Assembly (NCBI GenBank): GCA_022605425.2
Contig: CM061246.1
Span: 1,302,001-1,366,000 of the forward strand
Length of the DNA stretch: 64,000 nucleotides
Direction of reading: 5' to 3'
From: Hamiltosporidium tvaerminnensis FI-OER-3-3
Lineage: Eukaryota > Fungi > Microsporidia
Shown here: in pieces, positions 48,911 through 61,599 of the stretch
Position numbering within the stretch: position 1 is the first letter of the stretch
Layout: every line of letters begins with the position of its first letter
The notes under the pieces: model-generated
Databases searched by the model: none
What the model was told of the DNA's origin: nothing
Seen by the model: only the letters and a program-made list of their open reading frames with translations
Made by a program: the position numbers and the translations under genes

Positions 48911-49559
48911 TTTCTATTATTTAAATTTTTTTCTTTCTCTTAAATTTAAAAGTATTTTTATAAAAATATTGATTTTATTTCAATTGTAAATTTTAAATTT
49001 ATTTCCATTCTTATTTACCATATAAATACCTTTAATTGAATATATCAATACTATACTTGATATTACAAATTTAAAACTTTTATTTTAATATTTTTCAAAT
49101 TCAAGTTTTTTTCTTCACACAAATATTTTATTATTTACCATATAAATACCTTTAATTGAATGATTTAATATAAATTACCCCATACATGTATATATATGTG
49201 GCAGAAAGTCTTAAGAAATAAATACGCAAAATATTGAACTTTAATTGTGAATTCATATTTAATAAATTTCCCGGTAAAAACCTTTTTCTCCCTCTTTTAA
49301 ATAATTTTCTATTTCTTTTACCACCATCTTTTCTTCTTCTAAATCCGACTATTCATTTATGTTTATTTTCGGCTCCTCCTCTAAAGTGATTCCTCTATTA
49401 GTTGTGAACAAAAAAGAAATAAAATGTGTTTAATACAAAGCTTACAAATAAAGTATAACATAACAGTAAATAAACAAATCTAATATACTTCAGTATTTTA
49501 TGTATTTTTTTCTTATAAAATTTTTTACTTTTAACTTTGTTATTGAAAAACGTATTTTA

Positions 49560-50982
49560 TTATTTAATAAAATTCTGGGTTAAAACATTTTTTCCCATTT
49601 TTATATGTTTTCTTCTACCTCTTTAACCACTATCGTCTCTTCTTCCAACTCCAACTCTTCATTTGTATTAGTTGTTGGTTCCTCAGCAGGGGTTATACCA
49701 TTTAAAATAAGGAGTAAAATATTTTTTGTATTTTGTGTTTTAACATCATCTTCCTAGTTGTCTACTTGCTTTAAAGGGGGTATTGGTTGTTTATGCATCT
49801 CAGCTCCTAAAATAACACTTAATGATGCTCTATCTCAGCTTTCCTCGGCATTTAGTCCTGATTAAAGTCCTCTTCGTCGATCAAAAGAAATTGTTTCGAC
49901 TGTTTTCTTATGTATAAGACTGAATGTATGCTTCTATATTCATGGGTATTTGCAGTCTCTTAGCATACGTCTTATGGTATTTTGTCACAATACCGTTCCA
50001 GGTCATCACATAAGGGATTATCTCAACACTACGCTTATAAATAAGACCTAACTCATTGGCTAGCAGGTCATACTTTCTAAGTTTTTCAGTTTCAACTATT
50101 TGAAGTGAATCTTGGGAAGTGATTCCTACTTCAATGAGTGTTATCTTATTCTTCTTCTTATCTAAAATAAATATGTCGGGTCTGTTACACCGAATCTTGA
50201 CATCTGTTTTTATTCTGGTGTCCACTCTTATCTCTGCATACTCATTATCAAGAATTTCTTGAACTGAGTGGCTCCTTATTCGTTTTGAAGACTTAAACTT
50301 ATATCTATTTAGAAGAAGAAGGTGTAGGCATCTAACCACTTCATTATGCCGTCTAGTGTAATCATGGCCTAGCATTTTTTCACATCTAGTTGCTAGATGA
50401 TCCACAGTCTTACCAGACTTCCCGCAATGTTGACACACACCATCTGCTCCCCAGAATACATTTCTATCCTGGATATAGCAGAACACAGTTTCATTGCGTG
50501 GCCTAATATTCCCTCTCTTTAACCATCTTTAAGAGTCACTAATACTCACAAGCTCATTTTTTCTTGCATTATATCACTTTGAATGGAGTTTTCGTTTTTC
50601 TATTTCGTTATATAGTTTTGCAAGTTGAGCTTCTTTTAAACTTTTCTTAGTGACTTCTTCTACTAACCTGTACTTTACTTTTAAGAAGCCTTTTATTAGT
50701 GCAAGATGGGTTTTATTATTATTCTCCACTTTGAGGATTGTTGCTCGTCTAGTTGATATTTCTTTACTTTTTTCCAGACAATCCATGAGTTGCATAAGCA
50801 TATGTTCGCTTCGCAACTCAACACTATGTAGGCCTCTTCCAAGTTCTGTTCTAGGAAAGTATAAAAACGCTCTTTACATCCTGGGCGGAGATGTATCTTA
50901 TTCTTCACCAACACCGCACGCAGTGCATCATCTAACTTAAAGAAGTCAGCCGGTTCAAGTCGAAGTACTCCTATGTGATAGT
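49560..50982 (-). mobile_element. 5'-truncated R4-type non-LTR copy (zinc knuckle and RLE endonuclease)
   Basis: Motifs CQHC..TVDHLATRC, YTRRHN and RPDI...IEVG...EKLRKY; element 3' terminus at 49560. Confidence 0.92.
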
Positions 50983-51379
50983 AACGTATTTTATTACAAT
51001 TAGAGTAAATTATTAAAATATAAAATATTTTACTTGAATTATAATACAAATATTTTTTATTTTTATAAAGAGTATTGATGTATATATGATATTAAGTAAT
51101 AATATCTCTGATAATATTGATATTTTTAAGCTTTATTTAATAAATATTAGTATGTATAGATCTAGAATAATAAATAATAATATCTCTGATAATATTGATA
51201 TTTTTAAGCTTTTATTTAATAAATATTAGTATGTATATAGATCTGTAATTAATTTCATCTAAATTATAAAGGTTTATATTACAGAAACAAACTATCAATA
51301 AGTAAATAAATTATAAAAATATTTTTTCTTATATTTAATTAACATAATATCAGATAAATATTTTGTAATTAAATTATTA

Positions 51380-51990
51380 GTTAAAATATTTTATGAGTAA
51401 TTACTTCAAAAATAAGTTGTATTTTTTTATTTAGCTTTATAATTTGAGAAATTAAATTCAGAATATATTTAAGTAAGACTTATTTGTTTAAAGTGATGTG
51501 GTAAATCATTTTATAAATAGGCTTATCAAATTAATATTAAGATTAAGCTATTGGAATATATGGTAAAGATAAGATTGTATTAATTATTGAATATTAAAGG
51601 TTTCCTTAGCTTTATTTATTGAAGTATATATTATCATTAGAATATAGAATGCACGTACATGTTTTTATGACCAATAATGTCAAATCAATCATATTAAATA
51701 CATATTATATCTTATCTTATCTAATAATTGACAAATGAATTTTATTAAAGAATATACTTTTATTGGTATGTTTTTACTCAAAAAAGTATAAATACATGTA
51801 AAATATTTAGAAATAATGAACAGTAAAAGAATTGCATTTAATGTTTTAAAAGGTTTTTTATTCTGCCTCGTATGTGTTTCTGCTGCAGAAAAAGATGCTT
51901 CGAAGGATAAAAAAGAGGAAAAGAAATGAAGTGAATAAATTAAGTCTTAAATATTTGTGATTTATTGTATTTCTATTTCTATTTCTATTT
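51380..51990 (+). repeat. direct segmental repeat, copy 1 (partner 56682-57520)
   Basis: Near-identical to 56682-57520 apart from the promoter-repeat expansion in the latter. Confidence 0.92.
51816..51929 (+). CDS. 37-aa signal-peptide micro-ORF, copy 1
   Basis: Translates MNSKRIAFNVLKGFLFCLVCVSAAEKDASKDKKEEKK*, with n/h/c-region pattern (VSA-A). Locally raised GC, TATAAAT upstream, and identical protein in the second copy. Confidence 0.6.
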   Translation: MNSKRIAFNVLKGFLFCLVCVSAAEKDASKDKKEEKK

Positions 51991-52022
51991 CTATTTCTAT
52001 TTCTATTTCTATTTCTATTTCT
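51966..52022. repeat. (CTATTT)n microsatellite
   Basis: Directly visible; abuts the 3' end of an inverted R4-type fragment. Confidence 0.9.
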
Positions 52023-52034
52023 TTTATATTTATA

Positions 52035-52892
52035 TTTATTTAACAGAATTCTGCGTTAACAAATTTTTCTCTTTTCTAAATAATTCTTTCCAACATTTCA
52101 ACCACCTCTATTTCTTCCTCCAACTCCAACTCTTCATTTGTATTAGTTGATGGTTCCTTTGCTGTGGTTATACCATTCAAAATAAGGGGTAAAATATTTT
52201 TTGCATTTTCCGTTTTAACATCATCTTCCTCGTTGTCTACTTGCTTTATAGGGGGTATTGGTTGTTTATGTATCTCAGCTCCTAAAATAACACTTAATGA
52301 TGCTCTCTACCAGCTCTCCTCGGCATTTGGTCCAGAATCGAGTTCTCTTCGTCAATGTAAAGAAATTGTTTCGACTGTCTTCTTGAGTACTATGGATTGT
52401 ATATATGCCTCTACATTCATGGGTATTTGCAGTCTCTTAGCATAAGTCTTATGGTATTTTGTCACAATACCGACCCAGGTCCTCACATAAGGGATTATCT
52501 CGACACTACACTAATAATAAGACCAAACTTATTGACTAGCAGGTCATACTTCCTAAGTTTTTCAGTTTCAACTACCCGAAGTAAATCATGGGATGTGATT
52601 CTTACTTCAATGAGTGTTATCTTATTCTTCTTCTTATCTAAAATAAATATGTCGGGTCTGTTACACCGAATCTTGACATCAGTTTTTATTCTGGTGTCCA
52701 CTCTTATCTCTGCATATTCGTTATCAAGAATTTCTTGAACTGAGTGGCTTCTAATTCGTTTCGAAGACTTAAACTTATATTTATTCAGCAAGAGTAAATG
52801 TATACATCGTACCACTTCATTATGTCGTCTAGAATAGTCATGACCAAGCCTTTTTTCACATCTCGTTGCTAAGTGATCAACTGTTTTCCTAG
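52035..52892 (-). mobile_element. 5'-truncated R4-type non-LTR fragment
   Basis: RLE domain remnants (ORF 52495-52815) and the element 3' tail. Confidence 0.9.
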
Positions 52893-55800
52893 TTTATATC
52901 TATATTTATTTTATATTTAAATTTAAATCTAAATGGGTAGAAGAAAAAAAGTTGACAGCGAAAATATAAAAAATGAAGAAATAAAGGCTGTAAACAACTC
53001 GGAAATTAGTTTAAAAAAGACAAAAACGTGTGATAGAGATGTAGTGCTATATCAGAGACACTTCCACCACAACCGACTATCCATAATAACACCCACTCCC
53101 CATAGAGCACTACATTATATGTTACTCCAGTCAGCCTGATCGATTCCGCACCCCTTTCTTCCTGTCCCGATTCTTCTGCGTGTGGACCAGCCAACACAAT
53201 GGAAAACCTTAATGCACCTGCAATTCCAGAAGGAAATCGACTGATGGCATTGCATTCAATACTTGACTCTGTCACAGCCGTAGAGCAGGAATGGCCTATA
53301 TCTGCAAATTAAGCAGTGCAAAAAAGGTTTGAGAGAATGCCTAGAAATGGCTGGTATGCAATTCTTAGGTACTATAATAGGAAATTTGGTCGAACTGTTA
53401 ATATCGATGTGTTAAAAAAATTAACACATAATGAAGCAGAAAGAGGAATAAGGCAAGAAGAGAATAGAGAGCGACGTAGAATCGCCACTTGTCTCGCCGA
53501 GCCATGTTCCTTAACTGACACTACACTCTATATGAACCTGAGAGAAAAGTTCTTGTGTAAAATCAAGGAAATCGGAGATGTAGTGGTCCGAACTAGAAAA
53601 CTTCCAAGTGAATTAGTTGATAGTAAAGTTTTGGAACTCATAAATCAAATCACAGGTGAATAGCTCAATCTCATGTGCCTAAGAATGTTAGTGATGCAGC
53701 TCGAATCATCCAGGCGGCCAAGGTATGCTATGACGAGGAAACGCGTAAGGAGAAGCCTATATCTGCTTGGAAGGAAAACATAGAAAGTAAAATTTCTAAG
53801 TTAGATCTTTCAAAAGACCTCCTCGAGAAGGCTCGTAAGCAGGAAAAGATCTCCACTTCGGAAACGAAGAGCCTTAAGAAAATCATGCGAGAGTTTAATT
53901 TAAACTTGAGCAAAATAAATGATCTCTCTGAGGCTTTGAATGTGTACGAGAAAAAAATTACGATGTATGAAAGTAGGAGGAAATTTCGAAAAGAGAATCG
54001 TATGTTTGAGCTTTTCCGAGGTCGATTTTATCGTGGGTTATCTGAGCGTGTAGAATCCGAGCATGTGGTTAGCCGTGATGAAATTGTGAGTTTTTGGTCT
54101 ACAATGTGGAACAAAAATGATGACACAGTCACGTACGATGATTATTTGATTCCATTTGTATCAGATAATTATCCGACCACGTTCCCTATACTTGATAAAT
54201 TTGTAAATATCATTTATTGGCTCCCCAATTGGAAGGCCGCTGGAATTGAAGGTATTTACAATTTTTTCATTCAGAAACTTACAACTCTTCACAAATATAT
54301 TTATGATATTGTGAAAGTTATATGTTTAGAAGGAACAACTCAAGCTGATTGGTTTTACTGCGGGCTTACGTATTTGATACCGAAAGGAATTCCACGAAGA
54401 GGCTCTGACTACAGGCCAATCACTTTTATCTCCAACCTCTATAAGTTAACGACAAAGTGTATAACAAAGGTCGTTCAAATTGAAGTGGAAAGGCGAGGGT
54501 TGCTTGCAGAAAACCAATTAGGAGCGGTAAGAGGTGTGCAGGGAGCGAAAGAGCAGGCTCTACTGAATATTGCCTTAAATAAAGAGTATGGAAATAATCT
54601 TAAGGCAACATGGATTGATGTTAAAAAAGCTTATGATTCAATAGATCATGCTTATTTAACTCAATGCATTGAAAACCTTAATTTACCTGATTGGATCCTA
54701 CAATTTATCAAGGTAATTATATCAAAATAGAAAATTGATATAGCAGTAGAGCCTGAAAAAATCATGAGCAAGAAGATTTATAGAGGGATTCTACAAGGAG
54801 ATAGTTTGTCACCATTGTTGTTTGTGTTGTGTATGGATCCATTGAGCCGAAAGCTTAATGCAAAATACACAAAAGTGACGGTACAAACAGATGCAGAATC
54901 CCACTCTACTAATCATCTCTTGTTTATTGATGATCTTAAGCTCTTTGCAAAAGACAGCTCCACATTGAGTGCTATGACAGGCGAGGCAAAGGAATTTTTA
55001 GAGGTGATTGGCTTAGAGATTAACAAAGAGAAGTCAGCCACAAATGATACGTGTTGTGAAGATACTGCTACTCTTCTAGAAGGTGTTAGTTTTTACAAAT
55101 ATTTAGGAATAATAGAAGATAGCAGAGGAATCCCAACACGTAGCTTATTTGAAGAAGTACAGAGCAAACTTATATCAAGAGTTGAAAGACTTTGTCACAC
55201 TAGATTAAATGCAAAAAATTTATTATCTGCAATCAATCAACATGCGATATCGTTAATCAACTACCACATAGGAGTACTTCGACTTGAACCGGCTGACTTC
55301 TCTAAGTTAGATGATGCAGTGCGTGCGGTGTTGGTTAAAAATAAGATACATCTCCGCCCAGGATGTAAAGAGCGTTTTTATACTTTCCTAGAACAGAACT
55401 TGGAAGAGGCCTACATAGTGTTGAGTTGCGAAGCGAACATATGCTTATGCAACTCATGGATTGTCTGGAAAAAAGTAAAGAAATATCAACTAGACGAGCA
55501 ACAATCCTCAAAGTGGAGAATAATAATAAAACCCATCTTGCACTAATAAAAGGCTTCTTAAAAGTAAAGTACAGGTTGGTAGAAGAAGTCACTAAGAAAA
55601 GTTTAGAAGAAGCTCAACTTGCAAAACTATATAACGAAATAGAAAAACGAAAACTACATTAAAAGTTATATAATGCAAAGAAAAATGAGCTTGTAAGTGT
55701 TAGTGACTCTTCAAGATGGTTAAAGAGAGGGAATATTAGGCCACGCAATGAAGCTGTGTTCTGCTGTATCCAGGATAGAAATAAATTCTGGGGAGCAGAT

Positions 55801-56682
55801 GGTATGTGCTAACACCGCAATGAATCTGGTAAGACTGTAGATCATCTAGCAACTAGATGTGAAAAAATGCTAGGCCATGATTATACTAGACGGCATAATG
55901 AAGTGGTTAGATTCATACACTTACTTCTCTTAAAAGATATAAGTTTAAGTCTTCCAAACGAATAAGGAGTCACTCAGTTCAAGAAATTCTTGATAATGAC
56001 TACGCAGAGATAAGAGTGGACACCAGAATAAAAACTGATGTCAAGATTCGGTGTAACAGACCCGACATATTTATTTTAGATAAGAAGAAGAATAAGATAA
56101 CACTCATTGAAGTAAGAATCACATCCCATGATTTACTTCGGGTAGTTGAAACTGAAAAACTTAGGAAGTATGACCTGCTAGTCAATAAGTTTGGTCTTAT
56201 TATTAGTGTAGTGTCGAGATAATCCCTTATGTGATGACCTGGGACTGTATTTGGACAAAATACCATAAATCTCATCTTAAAAGACTAGAAATACCCATGA
56301 ATGTAGAAGCATACATTCAGTCTATAGTACTTAAGAAGACAGTCGAAACAATTTCCTTTGCTTGACGAAGAGGACTTGAGTCAGGACTAAATGCCGAAGA
56401 GAGCTGGGAGAGAGCGTCAATGGGTGTTATTATGAGATAAAAGATGCATGAGGAACCAACACCCTCTTTAAAAGAAGAGAAGAGAGAGGAAGATGGTGCA
56501 AAAAATTTAAAACCAAAAATAAAGCACCCTTTATTTCACAAGGAGGAACCACTTTAGAGTAACCGACCAATAACATAAATAAAGAGTCGGATTTGGAAGA
56601 AGAGACAAAAGTGGTTAAAGAGGTCGAAGAAAACATAAAAAAATGGTAAAAATATTTTAACCCAGAATTTTATTAAATAAAA
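52893..56682 (+). mobile_element. near-full-length RLE non-LTR retrotransposon, R4/Dong-like, inactivated by stops and frameshifts
   Basis: RT motifs NWKAAG, YRPIT, QGAKEQ, WIDVKKAYDSIDH, GILQGDSLSPLLF, HLLFIDDLKL and YKYLG, followed by CCHC, RHN and PD-(D/E)xK remnants. 3' end TTAACCCAGAATTTTATTAAATAAAA. Confidence 0.93.
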
Positions 56683-56954
56683 AGTTAAAATATTTTTATG
56701 AGTAATTACTTTAAAAATGAGTTGTATTTTTTATTTAGCTTTATAATTTGAGAAATTAAATTCCGAATATATTTAAGTAAGACTTATTTGTTTAAAGTGA
56801 TGTGGTAAATCATTTTATAAATAGGCTTATCAAATTAATATTATTATTAAGCTATTGGAATATATGGTAAAGATAAGATTGTATTAATTATTGAATATTA
56901 AAGGTTTCCTTACCTTTATTCTATTGAAGTATATATTATCATTAGAATATAGAA

Positions 56955-57250
56955 TGCACGTACATGTTTTTATGACCAATAATGTCAAATCAATTATAAT
57001 CTAAAGATTTTATATCTTTCCAAATAAATATACACGTGTTTATGACCAATACTGTCAAATCAATCCTATTAAAATGATATATTATATCTCTATATCTTTA
57101 TTTAATAAATATACACGTGTTTATGACCAATAATGTCAAATCAATCATATTAAAATGATATATTATATCTCTATATCTTTATTTAATAAATATACACGTG
57201 TTTATCACCAAAAATGTCAAATCAATCATATTAAATACATATTATATCTT
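56955..57250 (+). repeat. 70-81-bp unit x4 containing CACGTG and CCAAT, upstream of micro-ORF copy 2
   Basis: TAT(G/C)ACCAA at 56971, 57041, 57122 and 57203; a single unit in copy 1. Confidence 0.85.
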
Positions 57251-57352
57251 ATCTTATCTAATAATTGACAAATGAAATTAATTAAAGAATATACTTTTAT
57301 TGGTATGTTTTTACTAAAAAAAGTATAATTACATGTAAAATATTTAGAAATA

Positions 57353-57466
57353 ATGAACAGTAAAAGAATTGCATTTAATGTATTAAAAGGTTTTTTATTC
57401 TGCCTCGTATGTGTTTCTGCTGCAGAAAAAGATGCTTCGAAGGATAAAAAAGAGGAAAAGAAATGA
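57353..57466 (+). CDS. 37-aa signal-peptide micro-ORF, copy 2
   Basis: Same peptide as 51816-51929; the only difference seen is synonymous (GTT/GTA Val). Confidence 0.6.
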   Translation: MNSKRIAFNVLKGFLFCLVCVSAAEKDASKDKKEEKK

Positions 57467-58464
57467 TAGTAAATAAAGTAAGTTTTAAGTATTTGTGTTT
57501 TATTGTATTTCTATTTCTATTTTCATTATTGAAATTTTCATTTGTATCATTTCGTTTTGTATTTCATTTATATTTATTATATTGTAATGTCTATATCCTT
57601 TTAATTAATGTTTTAATAATATAGAATATTAATTAATTTGATTCCTTATCTTATAGTTTCTTTATTTATATTTCAAATATTAAATTAATATAAACAAACA
57701 CTTGGTAACTCATTTCTATTGATTATATTAAATATTTTTTAATCCTCTAGAAACAAATATTTACTTTTAAATTCAATTAAGAAAATAAAAAATAGATATT
57801 CACCTTAAACTTTATTAGCCAAGTCATTATTCTTTAATATCCTTAATTAGTCTTTTATAACCACTTAATCGTTTATTTATACATTTTTTAGTCTCTCCTA
57901 CATGAATATTTAACCGTTTTTATACAATTCCTGAATAAAAATTCATACTTTTTTTAATCTACAATTATTCTCTCTACCAATATACTTAGTTTGTTTTCTA
58001 GAACTGTATAGCTCTGTATTTTCTTTTATTATATTCCGTTTTACATCTGTTTTTATTACACTTATTTTCTTTTATTATATTCCGTTTTACATCTCTTTTT
58101 AAAACACTCCGACTAATTTCTCATCTATATATTCCTTTGAGGTTTTTCTTGGTTATAAAAAAAACTTTTATTATTAACGATATGCCATATTAGTTAATTC
58201 CTTATTATATAAGTTCTTAGTTATATTCATTAAAATCTTTTAATTTAATCAGGTATAAAATTTTACGAAACAACCCAAAAAATAATTATTTTAACATTAT
58301 TACACAGAATACAAATTAACTTTTTAGAAATATACTTTTAATATTGATTCTATTATATAATTATTTATGTTTTAGATAAACCACACAAAAGAAAATCTAA
58401 ACAAGATAATTTAAATAAATTCTTACTTTTAAAAAGTAAAAAATTATATTTATCACACTTTTAT

Positions 58465-58600
58465 AAAGAGGTTGAAAGAAAATATATAAAAAATGGTAAA
58501 AAAATATTTTAACCCAGAATTTTATTGAATAAATAACTTAAGAGGTTGAAGAAAATATATAAAAAATTACAAAAAAAAATTTTAACAGAATTTTAATAAA
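58465..58600 (+). mobile_element. two tandem 3'-terminal R4-type fragments
   Basis: AGAGGTTGAA...TTTAACCCAGAATTTTATT followed by a second decayed copy. Confidence 0.7.
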
Positions 58601-58659
58601 AAAATACTTTAACATATTCCTCTTAAATGTTATCTAAATACTTCTTAGATTCCTTTTTA

Positions 58660-58925
58660 TAATTTCTTTATAGTTCCTTTATAATTATTTACATTCCAAT
58701 TCCTTTATAATTATTTCATTCCTTTTACAGTTCCTTTATAATTAACAAATCTTACATTACCTTTACAATTCCTTTACATTCCCTTTATAACTCATTTACA
58801 TTCCCTTTATAACTCATTTATAATTCCTTTACATTCCTTTTACAGTTCCTTTATAATTAACACATCCTAAACTACCTTTACAATTCCTTTACATTCCCTT
58901 TATAATTATAGTTACATATCCCCTT
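58660..58925. repeat. C-rich low-complexity tract (CATTCCCTTTA / CCTTTATAA) upstream of RPC3
   Basis: Directly visible. Confidence 0.8.
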
Positions 58926-58930
58926 CTTAT

Positions 58931-60430
58931 ATGGTATCACAACCAACAAAATTACCATTCGGAGATATTTCATCAAAAATATTAAAATTTTTAAAAACAA
59001 GAAACACAGCCACTCTAAACCAAATACATTCAGCAACAAAACTATCAATAAAAAAAATAGTTAATTCATTATCAATTCTTATATATAACCGACAAATAAA
59101 ATATTACATTTTTAACGGTAAAACGTTTTATATTTTAAATTCTTGTGAATATGTTGGATGGGTTTTTAATGATTTTTATGTTAAATATATTTTAAAAATT
59201 GTAGATTTTAATAGAGATTTTTATAAGGAAAGTGGGGATATTGAGATGTACTTGGGTGTTGTTGTTAAACTTGTTTGTAGTGTTGGTGTTTCTTGTGATG
59301 GTCTTAGTAGTAAAGAAGAGTGTTTTTTTGATTCTCTTGTACTCTATGGGTTTGTTAAGAGTGTTAGTTTAGAAGAAATTATTGATATTTGTAAGTATAA
59401 CACCAATATTGATAAGGAAGGGGGTGTTAATAATAAAGGTAGTAGTTATAAGGGTGTTAATAGAGTAGATAGTTATATGGGTGTTAATAATAAAGGTAGT
59501 AGCTATAAGGGTGTTAGTGATAGGACTAATAATATAAAGGGTGTTAATAGAGTAGATACTTATAAGGGTGTTAGTAACAGTATACATAATTATAAGGGTG
59601 TTAGTGATAGGACTAATAGTATAAAGGGTGTTAGTAATAGTATAGATAATTATAAGGGTGTTAACACTACTATAGATAAACAACACCCTGTTAACAATCT
59701 ATTCAATAATTATAAGGGTGTTAATGATTATGACCCCCCTTTAAATATAGATAAAATATCCTCTAAACGTTTAAAGGGTGTTAAATATTACACATTAGAC
59801 TTACAAGCTTTAAACCACTCCATACTGATATATGAGGGGTGTAAATACATACAAAAAAAGTATTGTAAAATAACACGTGATGTGTTCAGTTGTATAGAAA
59901 GAAGCAGGGGTGGCACTGTTAGTACATTAAAGGGTATTTTACCTTACAACCTTATAGATATAGAAATAGCTGTATTATTACTAAAGGGTGTTAATATACT
60001 AATAGAAAATAAAAGTATTAACAAGGAAGGATATGTTGTTAATAAAGGGGTGTTAAAACACTTAATAAAAATGGATATATTAAAGGGTGTTATTTATAAT
60101 ACTAGTGTTATTGATAGTACTATTAGTGATATAACATTTGAGGGTGTTAGTGATATAGATGTAGTTAAAGGGGGTGTTATTAGAGTATTGAATATGATTG
60201 TTGATAAAGGGGTGTTAGAAGATAGTAGTGTTGTTAGAAGTTCTTTGTTGAGTAGTAAGGTGTTAAGGGTGGTACAATGTATTTTGCTTAAAATTGGAAT
60301 GATAAATTTGGGGGTTAAAGATGTTATAGGTAAGGCCTGTTACGTATGGGAAGAGTGTTTTGATAAAGGGTGTTATATTATAGGAAATGAATTAAGTGAT
60401 AATCGAGAAAAACTTATTTTAATGATATAA
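58931..60430 (+). CDS. RPC82: RNA polymerase III subunit RPC3/RPC82-like with a KGVN repeat insertion
   Basis: N-terminal winged helix FGDISSKILKFL...TL..I...TKLSIKKIVNSLSILIYNRQIKY. A later winged helix reads IRVLNMIVDKGVLEDSSV...SLL..K.LR.....LLKIGMINL. Confidence 0.7.
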   Translation: MVSQPTKLPFGDISSKILKFLKTRNTATLNQIHSATKLSIKKIVNSLSILIYNRQIKYYIFNGKTFYILNSCEYVGWVFNDFYVKYILKIVDFNRDFYKESGDIEMYLGVVVKLVCSVGVSCDGLSSKEECFFDSLVLYGFVKSVSLEEIIDICKYNTNIDKEGGVNNKGSSYKGVNRVDSYMGVNNKGSSYKGVSDRTNNIKGVNRVDTYKGVSNSIHNYKGVSDRTNSIKGVSNSIDNYKGVNTTIDKQHPVNNLFNNYKGVNDYDPPLNIDKISSKRLKGVKYYTLDLQALNHSILIYEGCKYIQKKYCKITRDVFSCIERSRGGTVSTLKGILPYNLIDIEIAVLLLKGVNILIENKSINKEGYVVNKGVLKHLIKMDILKGVIYNTSVIDSTISDITFEGVSDIDVVKGGVIRVLNMIVDKGVLEDSSVVRSSLLSSKVLRVVQCILLKIGMINLGVKDVIGKACYVWEECFDKGCYIIGNELSDNREKLILMI

Positions 60431-60960
60431 AGGTATAGTGATTTAGAGGGGTGTTATTTTAATTGATAAGATATAGTCATATAAAGTGGGGTGTTATTTT
60501 AATTGATATAAAGGTATAGTAGATTAGAGGGGTGTTAATAATAAAATAAAAAGGGTAGTAGATTAAAGGGTCTTTACAAAATTTAATTCGATCTATGATA
60601 AAGGGGTGTTAACAAATTTTAATTCCTACTAATTTAAAAGGGTCTTAATAAAAGAATATAAACTTAATAATATAAAGGGGTGTTAACAAATTTTAAGGGT
60701 ACTAGATTAAAGGGGTCTTAATAAAAGAATATGAACTCTAGTAATATAAAAGGGATGTTAACAAATTTTAAGGGTAATAGATTAAAGGGGTGTTAATAAT
60801 AAAATATAAACCCAACAAATTTAAAAGGGTGTTAACAATAGAATATAAACTCTACTGATTTAAAAGGGTCTTAATAAAAGAATCTAAACCCTACTATAAT
60901 AAAGGGGTGTTAATAATAAAATATATACCCTTCTAATTTAAAAGGGTGTTAATAATATAT
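60430..60960 (+). repeat. AAGGG(G)TGTTA repeat tract between convergent RPC3 and NCB2
   Basis: Many (A)AAGGGGTGTTAA / AAAGGGTCTTAA units. Confidence 0.85.
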
Positions 60961-61016
60961 ACCACAATTACTAAAATAAAATCTTTAAAACTACTTTATT
61001 TTTGTCTATCTTCTCA

Positions 61017-61478
61017 CTATTTATCACCTTCGTTATTATCAGATGTTCCGTTCTGTTCGCAATCCATTCGATAGACTTCATTACGCGCACTTTCAAAGAG
61101 AGCAAGTTGTTGTTTACGCAGCTCCTCCATAGTGAGTCCAGAAGTCTTTAACTTATTAATTTTAGACGGTTTCATTTTACAGTGCGACACATATTCTTCA
61201 TGTGCCACTGTACACTCTCCAACATACTCACTGTATCCCAGACACTGCAGAGACTGGAATATATGTTCGTGCGTAATTGTTTTTTTACTTTCTTTCTCAC
61301 ACATCTCAGCTGCCTGTGCAGTAATCAGATGCGCAAATTCCAAACAACACGTCATTATAAATTCCTTTGTTGATTTGTGTATAGATACTGATTTAGGAAG
61401 AGTGTCTTGTATTATTTTGTTTACTGTTCCTTTTGGAAGAATAGCTTCTTCTCGTTTACTTGTCGGTGATGATGGCAT
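61017..61478 (-). CDS. NCB2: negative cofactor 2 beta (Dr1)
   Basis: Histone fold LPKGTVNKII, CCLEFAHLITAQA.E.CEKESKKTITHEH, LGYSEY and SGLTMEELRKQQLALFESAR. Confidence 0.93.
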   Translation of the reverse strand: MPSSPTSKREEAILPKGTVNKIIQDTLPKSVSIHKSTKEFIMTCCLEFAHLITAQAAEMCEKESKKTITHEHIFQSLQCLGYSEYVGECTVAHEEYVSHCKMKPSKINKLKTSGLTMEELRKQQLALFESARNEVYRMDCEQNGTSDNNEGDK

Positions 61479-61599
61479 TTCTTTGAGTATGGAATTGTCT
61501 TTGTATTTATAGCTACAAGGGTACGTATAAGTATGTGGAGGGGGGTGTTAATTAGTAGGAAGGGGAATGGGTGTATTATTATAAAGGATACAAGCAAAT

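Larger units (their letters stand above)
56682..57520 (+). repeat. direct segmental repeat, copy 2
   Basis: Partner of 51380-51990. Confidence 0.92.
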
